DNA from: Antechinus flavipes
Lineage: Eukaryota
Assembly: GCF_016432865.1 (NCBI RefSeq)
Contig: NC_067399.1
Span: forward strand, 515,096,001 to 515,160,000
DNA: 64,000 nucleotides
Direction of reading: 5' to 3'
The notes below the pieces were generated by a model. That model had not been told where the DNA came from, searched no databases, and saw only the letters and a list, made by a program, of their open reading frames with translations. How positions within the stretch are numbered: position 1 is the first letter of the stretch; each line of letters starts with the position of its first letter. Below are positions 37,388 to 47,001 of the stretch, one piece after another. A program made the translations under genes and the position numbers.

Positions 37388-40300
37388 ATGTCAGGGGAGG
37401 GGCTGCAGGAAGAGGAGCGGGTCTTCCTGGCTGCCCGTGAAGAGCTGGTGGAAGCCCTGACCAAGGATCCCGGACAGACGTTTTCCCCAGAGAAGTTGCT
37501 TGGACTGCTGGACAACTCCCTGCCCCTTTCCACCCGCTACCCGCGGCTGGATGCCTCCCGTCTGGTCTGTAGCAATGCCCAAGGAGAGGTGAGTGAGCAT
37601 AAAGACCAGCGATGTGTTTAGAGGAGAGAACTGGAGGGGGACTGACTGATGGAGAGAGTTTTTGGAAGATGGACAGAAACACGTGCAAGACCAGAAGAAG
37701 GAAAGGAAAGAATTAAGGGTTGGAGTAGGGAACTAGTCTACAGGGATGGAGACTTGGGAACTGTAACATGTGACATTCGTATTTTGCCAAATCAAGTCCT
37801 TTCACTATGCTTTTGCAGCCCAGTCAGTACTTGCGCAGGCTGTCCACTGCATTGAACATCCTAGAGAAATATGGCCGAAATCTGCTTAGTCCACAAAGAC
37901 CACGCTATTGGCGTGGGGTCAAGTTCAATAACCCGGTCTTCAGAAGCACTGTGGATGCCGTGCAGGTGAGATTCTAATGTTGAGACCAGGGAGGGTGCGA
38001 CTGGGAAATTAAGTGCCAAGGTTACCCGGAATTGGGCTGGAAGTTTTGGGCGGCCCAGAAGCGACACCTGTGCTAGGGATAGCCTGTTCTGTGAAAAGTG
38101 TGATAGTTTAAAAAAAGGGTTTTCATGGGATCGGAATGAGATTGTCCAGTTACGATGGGATCTCTAAACAGTAATGAGGTACAACATGCGGGTCTGTGTC
38201 AGAGGAAAGAGATGCAAGAGTGGGCAATTCACAGACAGGCAATGACTGGGGGTTCATGACAGGGGGGCCGGGAAGTTCTTCGCCTATATGGGTACACAGA
38301 ACAGCAGCCAGATGGCTTAAGCTTCCCTGAGGGGCAACAGGAGCCGGATGGTCATCGTGTGGCTACAGTTACTGTGGACGTCTTATTACTTCGAACTGAG
38401 CTCACCCTTCTCCTGGAGGTAAGATATTTTCCTCATAAATAGGGATTTAGCCTAATCTTAAGCCACTTTATAGATACCAACTCAGCTGAATCCCAAGCAT
38501 GGAGCACTTCCTTCCCCCTCCTTCCTCAAACCATACAGAGAGATCATCTGCTCTATTCGTTCCCTTTCCCTGTGAATGGATAGAGACCAGGTTCCTAGGG
38601 ATAGTATGGCTGGAGGTTCTGATCGTGCTCCATTTATTCTGCCCACAGAAATCTCACCCACGGCCAAAGGCACTAGAACAACTGCTAAAAGAGGGATCTG
38701 GCGGTGAGGTAAGGAGGAAGGGGTTCCTTGGTATCATGGGGAGATTGATGAGAAAAGGAAGCTAGGGAAATGAGGACTGTGAGTTTCACTGAACCCTCTA
38801 AACATTACCCTTCCTTCCTCAGATGCTGCTCTTGTCTGAATTAGTTTCTCCACTAAGAGAGACCACTTCAAATTCTCTTCCTGCTCCCCAAACTCAAGGT
38901 ACTGCTACATTTTTGGAGGAGGGAGACAGTCAAATATAGTATCAAGATGATGAAGATTTGTGAAATTTCACTATATGCAAATATAATTCTTTCAGTCCTT
39001 GTTTCTTTTTCATTAAAGAGATGAAACTGACTCCTTGAATCTAGTCATATTAAGGAACGTATACTAGTTCATAGCTTATGTAAATTATATACACATAATC
39101 CAGAGGAAATGGTGTTCTTAAGGTAATTTGTAATTATTCTTCTCTTGTCCAGGTACCATACCAGGTTCTTGCTTTCTGTGTGGCTCTGTCCCAGGCACAC
39201 TGCATTGCCCAACCTGTGGTCATGCTCTTTGCCCAGCCTGTGACTGCCTTTTCCATCGACACCCATCCCGTGCCCATCATATTCGACAGCCCCTGCTTGG
39301 GAATCGCCCAGCCTCCAACCTTAGCTCTAGGTAAGAGCTCCCTCCCTTCTTGATTGATTTTTCTTGATTGATCCTCTGAGGGAAGGATGAGTGGGAAGAC
39401 AAGCTAAGAAAATTAAAAATGCTCAGCAGTACAGAATTTAACTATCTGTTATTTAAGATAGCTCTATGTTTTTGTTACAGTTTGTCAAACCTAGCCCCAC
39501 CTCGGGCCCTGCTCACATCTCCACCCACCTTTGGGGACTGCTCTCTTCCTTCTTGGTCAAGTCCAGCCCCAGAGCCACCTAGCACTCGCCCGCCTTGGCA
39601 CTGTGCTGCCTGCGCCATGCTGAATGAAGCTCGAGCGGTGTTGTGTGTAGCCTGTGACCGGCCCCGAGGGTGCAAGGGGGTAGGGCAAGGGACGGAGAGC
39701 CCTCGGCCCGGAGGATTGGGGGGTGGACCCCAGCGGGGCCGCTGGGCCTGTCAGAGCTGCACCTATGAGAACGAGGCTGCTACGGTGCTCTGTGCCATCT
39801 GTGAGCGACCTCGGCTTGCCCAGCCCCCCAGCCTCGGGGACGTCCGAGACACTGGGGCCCGCCTGCCTGCGATGGAGGTAATGTGAATCCTAGCCTCCCC
39901 TCAAGTGAGACTGCCCGGAGCTCTCTCAGAGCTTTGCTTTCCTCGATGCTCTCTCCAACCCCCTTTTTCTGCCTGCACCCTCTTGTGTTCCCAGGATTTT
40001 TTCTTCTCTGTCCGCCCAGCTTTAGGTCTTTTTTCTTGGGAAGTAGCTCCAAAGGGTGAACCTTTCAGGGGTAATGACTATCCCAGTCTACTTCCTCTAG
40101 GCTGGTGACTGGCACTGTGTTCACTGTACCTTCCGAAACTCTGGCCCAGGCTGGGTGTGTTCCATGTGTAACCGGACCAGTAGCCCCACGCCACCACTCC
40201 CCTCCTGGCTCCCTGCTAGCTCGCTGGGAGAGGGAGCCCGAGCCAGTGCCTGCCTCAAGCCAGTGTCCGCACACCGCCTGGGCACCCCTCTGCCCACCCT

Positions 40301-43300
40301 CCGGGGAGAGCCTGAGCAGCATCGCCAGGACAAGATGCGGGAGGACGGGCTGCGATTGGTGGCCATGATCCGAGTAAGTCTGAGGAGGGGACCACCTCTT
40401 AGGGAAGAGGAGCAGAGCGTGGAGTGGGGAATGGGTCGGGTTCTAGAATTCCCTACAGTCAGAACTCTTTTCTGGGGGGAGGGTGAAGAATGCCTTTCCT
40501 TACCTTTGTCTTAAAGAAGCCCCCCCACCACTGGGGGGCGGGGGGTGTCCCCAGGCAGGAGAAGCCGAAGGTGCGTGCCCAGAGGAGATCTTCTCAGCGC
40601 TACAATACTCGGGCACAGAGGTGCCTCTGCAGTGGCTGCGCTCAGAGCTGCCCTATGTGCTGGAGATGGTGGCAGAGATGGCAGGGCGGCAGGACCCCAG
40701 TCTGGGTGCATTCTCCTGCCAAGAAGCCAAGCGGGCCTGGCTAGATCGTCATGGCAACCTGGATGAGGCTGTGGAGGAGTGTGTTCGAGCCAGGCGCAGG
40801 AAGGTGGGGCAGGGTTGGAGGGTGAGGAACTGGGGCCAGGGGGGTAACTTGGTACCAGGAAATATTAATAAATGAATGGGGGTGGGATTGGAGTGGAGGG
40901 TGGGGTTAGGATGTCAGAACAAGTATTTGACTGAACTGGATATGCAAAATAAGATGAAATATCAAGGTGGCCCTTAGAATTTAGAGCTTTGGTTTTTTGG
41001 TTTTCTTCTTTATTACTGTAAATACTAGGTTCGGGAGTTAGAAGTCCTAGGCTTTGGGCGAGAGGAGGGAGCCTTGCAAGCGCTCTATCAACACGGTGGA
41101 GATGTGGGACGAGCCCTCACGGAGCTGCAGCGGCAGCGCCTAGAGCCCTTCCACCAGCGCCTGTGGGAGGCCCCCGAGTCTAACCCTTCCTGGGATGGGC
41201 CCGATAAGCAGGTACTCGATGAGACAATCCATGACAAAGCAGAAAAAGCAATAAAGTTGTAATCCTGGAAAAGGCCTGGCCAGGAGGGAGTATCCTGACA
41301 GATATTCTACTGTGCCTTCACATCCCAGAGTCTGATACGGCGGCTCTTGGCAGTCTACTCTTTACCAAGCTGGGGCCGGGCAGAGCTGGCCCTTTCCCTG
41401 CTTCAGGAGACCCCTAGGAACTATGAGCTGCTGGACGTGGTGGAGGCAGTTCGACATAGTCCTGACCGGGCCTTCCTGCGCCGACTGCTCGCCCAAGAAT
41501 GTGCTGTCTGTGGCTGGGCCCTTCCGCGAAACCGGGTAACTTCCTTTCCTCAGTCTTGGCTGAGGGATGGCCCCTCGCTGCCAGCTGGTATACCTTTTCC
41601 CATGAAATGAGACCCTCAAACTCCCTCCAGCCCAGCTCATGACTCCTAAAAGACCATCAAGTGGACTTTTTGTATTTGTTGGTTCAGGGGAGCCTTTGCT
41701 GTGCCCTCCCGTTCCCTCAGATGCAGTGAGCGGGTGTCTTCCTAGCCAGGGTACAGAGGCTAGTCTTCACCCGATCCTAGCAGCCTCGCTCTCTCTCCTG
41801 TGGCTTATTTTCTCCTGACACGACTCCCCCTCCTCATGGCCCAGATGCAGGCGCTGACCTCCTGTGAATGCACCATCTGCCCAGACTGCTTCCGGCAGCA
41901 CTTCACCATTGCCCTGAAGGAGAAGCACATCACAGATATGGTGTGTCCGGCCTGTGGACGTCCTGACCTGACTGATGAGACCCAGCTGGTCAGCTACTTC
42001 TCTACCCTGGACATCCAGGTACCAAGCGACCCCAAAGTGAAGCCCATGCAGCGCAGGGGGTCCGGGGTTCCCGCTGGTTGGGGACCCCTTCCACCTGCCT
42101 CTTTGTGTTCTCCTAGTTGCGAGAGAGCCTGGATCCTGATGCTTATGCGCTGTTCCACAAGAAACTGACGGAGCGTGTGCTCATGCGTGACCCCAAATTC
42201 TTGTGGTGCACTCAGGTGAGATGGTGAGGAAATGGCCAAAGAGCACAGGGAAACCAGGAAAAGACTGGTTGACAGGATGGAAAAGGGCTAATGATGCCTT
42301 CTGTCCCAACCAGTGTTCCTTTGGCTTCATCTACGAACGAGAGCAGCTGGAAGCCACATGTCCCCAGTGTCACCAGACTTTCTGTGTTCGTTGCAAGCGT
42401 CAGGTAAAGGGAAACAAGTCAAAGAGGGGCTGAAACAGTGGGGGGGATTTGAAAGATTGGGGAGCAAGAACTGGATCATAGTTTTATTTGGGATTGCAAG
42501 TCTCTAGCTAAAGTGGTTGGTTTTCCTCCTATAGTGGGAAGAACAGCATCGGGGCCGGAGCTGTGAAGATTTTCAGAGCTGGAAACGTGCCAATGACCCT
42601 GAGTACCAGGCCCAGGGCTTGGCCATGTACCTGCAGGAGAATGGCATCGGTAAGGCCTCCTCTGTCCCTCCTCTCCAAGATACAGGCCTCTTCCTTCCTC
42701 AAACCACTCACCATTCTCTGCCATCATTTACCCACAAGCCTTTCATCTACCTTTGCCATTCTTACCCTTGTCAAAAAAGGTCAAAATGGAGAAATTCCTT
42801 GCTGTGAGCCAGCTTTGCTAGCTTGCATTCCTGATGCTGTTTGTTCCCATAGATTGTCCCAAGTGTAAGTTCTCCTATGCTCTGGCCCGGGGTGGATGTA
42901 TGCACTTCCACTGCACCCAGTGCCGCCATCAGTTCTGCAGTGGCTGCTACAGTGCCTTCTACGCCAAGAACGTACGTGTGAGGTGGGAGGGGGAGGAGGA
43001 TGGGGAATGGGATCAGACCACACTTGGGTTTGAGGGATATGTCATTAGGAGGAAGTGATGGAGGATATGGAGAGAGTGGGGTTGGAGGGGTAGAGGAGTT
43101 ATTATGCTGTTGAACTTCTCTCCCCATTGCCCCCACTCCTGACTTTAGGTCCTCTGGTTTCCCATCACCACCCTACCCCTCATGAAGGGAGTTACTGACT
43201 GCCAGAACCCAATACCTTCTCCAGTTTACTTTCTTTTCCTCCTTGGGTTCCTATCAGAAATGTCCAGATCCTAATTGCCGGGTTAAGAAATCACTGCATG

Positions 43301-44796
43301 GCCATCATCCTCGAGACTGTCTCTTCTACCTTCGAGACTGGGATGCTCTTCGTCTCCAGAAGTTGTTACAGGTCAGAAGCTTCTAAGACTAGGAGGAGAG
43401 GACCTCATCAGGAAAAATTTCAGGGTGTCGGGTGTCGGGGTTCCATTGTCTCAAAAATTCCCTTCATGAATCACTTTGAAGGCTAGGGGAGATAGTTTAA
43501 AGAAAGAAATGGAAGCTAGCTCAACTCACTTGTCTTTCCCTTCCCAGGACAATGGCATTACTTTCAATACAGAACCTCCAGCCGGAACCCGGGCAGTCCC
43601 TGGAGGTGAGTGAGGTTGTCATCTTGGAACTCCTGCCAATCTCCAGTTGTAGTTGCTCACTGAGAGGGGAAAGCCTTCTCTGTGGTGAAGGAACAGAGAT
43701 AGGGGTTATTCTACTATGCTTATAGGGTGAGGGTAGGGAGGGAAATGGCTCCATAAACCCCTTAACTTTCTTGTTCATTAGTTCATTCTTTGATATTAGT
43801 TCTCTATTATTTAAAAGGCATTGTCCTAGGCACTGTGGTCACTACAAAGAAGTATTCAAACAAAACCCCTGTCCTTTGGGAGTTTTTATTTTAAAAGAAT
43901 AAAACATGCACGATTTGAAATTTAATTAACAGTCAAGATCTCACAAAACAACATGCAATTAAATGCAAAATTAATGGCACAAAGTTTACTCTAAAGGTTG
44001 AAGATTTGAGATGTTAATGGGGCTCCTTCTGTGACAGAGTTGATAATTCTGGATATTAATGCATTCCCATCACCCATGTTGGGAGCTACTCTTCCTCTGG
44101 ATTTGGGTGAATAATATACCCATTATGCTTTGAGGGCAACCACCTTCCTGACAGACCTTCTGTCCCCTCAGGTGGCTGCCGTGTGATGGAACAGAAGGAG
44201 GTTCCTGGTGGGCTCAAAGATGAAGCCTGTGGAAAAGAGACCCCAACTGGGTATGCTGGACTCTGCCAGTAAGTACCAGGCTGGGAAGAAGCTCCTTTTA
44301 GGAAGGTACTGAGACTTGTGCACCGATTCCTTAAAGAATGGGAGCTGAAATGTGCTTACTGGGGACAGAGTCTGGGCAGAACACATAAGGTCTGATGATT
44401 TCTGGATGGTGAGGAGTTCCAGAAGTAGGCCCAATACCTTTCCTGCTTCTCCCACCCCTCAGGGCACACTATAAGGAGTACCTAGTGAGCCTCATCAATG
44501 CCCACTCACTGGACCCAGCAATGCTGTACGAGGTGGAGGAGCTGGAGACAGCCACTGAGCGCTATCTGCATGTCCGGCCTCAGCCGGCAGCAGGGGAGGA
44601 AGCCTCCAGCTACCAGGCTCGATTGCTACAGGTGAAGAGATGGTGGAGGGCTCTCAGCTATTTTGACTTCCAAAGATCCTCTTGGCCAGCCTAGAATCCC
44701 TTAATATCTGGTTTTAACCCACTTTCCCATTTCTTCTTGCAGAAGCTGCTAGAAGAGGTGCCACTGGGCCAGAACATCCCTCGCAGGAAGAAGTAG
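37388..44796 (+). CDS. RNF31: E3 ubiquitin ligase HOIP (LUBAC catalytic subunit), 1071 aa, 21 exons
   Basis: Exons 37388-37588, 37819-37965, 38263-38418, 38649-38708, 38823-38898, 39153-39330, 39481-39877, 40101-40373, 40555-40803, 41029-41211, 41329-41535, 41845-42018, 42117-42215, 42314-42403, 42535-42649, 42853-42971, 43258-43371, 43548-43605, 44172-44268, 44463-44631, 44743-44796 (3216 nt in frame). PUB ([15 protein letters not shown]), ZF/NZF1/NZF2, UBA, RBR with catalytic [17 protein letters not shown] at 45451-45456. Confidence 0.96.
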
Positions 44797-44798
44797 CT

Positions 44799-45410
44799 GA
44801 GGCTGGGGCCCTCAGGAAAGTCCCTGTACCCCCTTCTCCAGGGGCTGGGGCCCTCAGGAAAGTCCCTGTACCCCCCTCTCCAGGGGCTGGGGCTCTCAGG
44901 AAGGCCTCTGTCTCTCTCTCCAGGGGCTGGGGCCCTCAGGAAGGCCTCTGTGTCCCTCCTCCAGGGGCTGGGGCCCTCAGGAAAGCCTCTGTGTCTCTCT
45001 CCAGGGGCTGGGGCCCTCAGGAAGGCCTCTGTATCCCTCTCCAGGGGCTGGGGCCCTCAGGAAAGCCTCTGTCTCCCTCCTTCAGGGGCTGGGGCCCTCA
45101 GGAAGGCCTCTGTCTCCCACCTCCAGGGGCTGGGGCCCTCAGGAAGGCCTCTGTCTCCCACCTCCAGGGGCTGGGGCCCTCAGGAAGGCCTCTGTCTCCC
45201 ACCTCTTGGGGCTGGGGCCCTCAGGAAGGCCTCTGTGTCTCTCTCCAGGGGCTGGGGCCCTCAGGAAGGCCTCTGTATCCCATCTCTTGGGGCTGGGGCC
45301 CTCAGGAAGGCCTCTGTATCCCTCCTTCAGGGGCTGGGGCCCTCAGGAAGGCCTCTGTATCCCATCTCCAGGGGCTGGGGCCCTCAGGAAGGCCCCTATG
45401 TACCCCACCA
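44799..45410 (+). repeat. Minisatellite/VNTR, ~15 x 40-41 bp, filling the RNF31 3'UTR
   Basis: Consensus AGGGGCTGGGGCCCTCAGGAAGGCCTCTGTNTCCCNCCTCC; begins 2-3 nt after the TAG. Confidence 0.95.
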
Positions 45411-45986
45411 GTTCCCATGTCCTGCAGACTCCCACCGAAACTCCAGCACCAATAAAGGTGTCTCCTCTCCCAGCCTCCTTGGTGGTCCTTCTTATTAGTC
45501 TCCTCCAGCCAAGGGCATCTGGGGACCGAGGGTTAGAGGAAGGGTGGGCCAGAGAACCTGGAGGAGCTTTGCTGTGACCTCTCTCCGGACCCCCCACTGA
45601 CGCTCAGGGCTTAGAACGTTCGAAGATGCCTGATGGCCCCCCCCTTCCCCACCACCTGCTTTCCCAAACCCCGAGGGTTTGCTGCGTGCCTGGCACTGTG
45701 CTAGATCCCCAGGTGGGAGGGAAGGACACAGGAAAAGCCGAAGACACATCCTCCCGTCTCATTCAGAACAATTCAGGCTCCTGTGGGAGCAAACTGCCCA
45801 GATCTCCGTGGAAGCGCCCGCGCCTGGCAGTGCCTGGCAGCTGGGCTCTGCTCTGCCCACGAACTCCCGCCCACGCCCAGAGCCTGTCCCTGCGCCGCTC
45901 GGCCTCCACCAGCCTTAGACACTTTTCCCAGGTCGTTGCCCCCCCCTGCTGGCGGCCGGGTGCCCTGCAGCTTCAGCCCATGTGAT

Positions 45987-46023
45987 TTCAAGGAAAAGGA
46001 GGTGCCCAAAGGAAACGAAACTG
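45987..46023 (+). promoter_or_regulatory. GAS plus ISRE composite in the IRF9 promoter
   Basis: TTCAAGGAA (TTC-N3-GAA) at 45987-45995 and AGGAAACGAAACTG at 46010-46023 (reverse CAGTTTCGTTTCCT, Mx/OAS-type ISRE). Probable non-coding exon 1 donor cag|gtaagg at 46128/46129. Confidence 0.8.
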
Positions 46024-47001
46024 GGGGACAGTAGGAAGGGGAGGAGAGAGAGAGCGACACCGTCGGGCAGCCGAGCTGTGCCTGTTTTCCTTGCTGTACC
46101 CAAACAAGGCATCTAGCTGCCAGCACAGGTAAGGCCGGACTCCCGGCTCTCCCTAGGACACCCGGGCTCTGCAGGAGAGGTCCGGTCAGTGGGCAGATAA
46201 CTTTGATTCTGGAGGAAGGGAGGCCAGAGAAAATCCCGGTGGGAAGAGTGGGCCTGGCAGATGGGCCCGGAGAGAGGCAAAGCCGGACTCTGTCTGAGGG
46301 AGGTCCCTCCAGGGAGGGCCATCCCAGTGGGTAGCTCGCCCTCAGACTAGAGGACACCCTCAGCCTTTGTTTTTCTTGCCTCTAATGGTCCCCAGTCCTA
46401 GTGTAACCCCGCCTCCTTTCTCCTCTTCCTCTTTTCACTCTCCCTTATCCCTCCCCACCCTTCCCTGCCCTAGTCTCTGAGGGACTGCCAGGCCCTGGTT
46501 TGAACTAAGGGGAGAGAATGAGGGGCCCGAGTGTGATTTGAGAATGAGAAACAGGCTATGTGAAGGCAGAGGTCCAACCCAGGAAATGCTCTCATGAAAA
46601 ACGCAAGAAGGGACCTCAGAAGCCGGCTCCTCCGTTTTACAAATGGAGAAACTGAGGCCTCCGGGGAATAAGACCTTGCCCACAGCCTCGGAGCCAGGCT
46701 TCTCTACACTGTGCCAAGTTAGTCCTTCTGGCTTACAAATGGTGATTCAAGAAAAGGAAAATTATTTGATTCTTCCCTATGAATAGTGAAAAGACCCTGA
46801 TTCTAAATACAGATATGAATTTTGTCCCAAATAGAATTGCCTAGTTTGGGACAACAGATTAAAAACCATTTCCCATAATTTCTATTGATGAAATACAAAC
46901 GATTAAACTTTGAATAGTTCAGAGGCTTTTGTCCCAGAGTCTTCTGTGTGCCCTGTGTGCTCGTCTTATTTCTACTGATGTTTCCACTTAGTCCCTCCAG
47001 G

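Noticed and set aside
36054-37621. Long ORFs (231, 230, 157 aa) in the PSME2/RNF31 promoter
   Set aside because: Low-complexity Pro/Gly/Arg products expected from stop-poor CpG-island DNA; only the tail of 36929-37621 is real (RNF31 exon 1).
44799-45410. Regular repeat array resembling a CRISPR; ORFs 44950-45498, 44991-45455 and 45206-45577
   Set aside because: There are no unique spacers (units are contiguous), no cas genes, and the context is a eukaryotic 3'UTR. The ORFs are periodic translations of the minisatellite.
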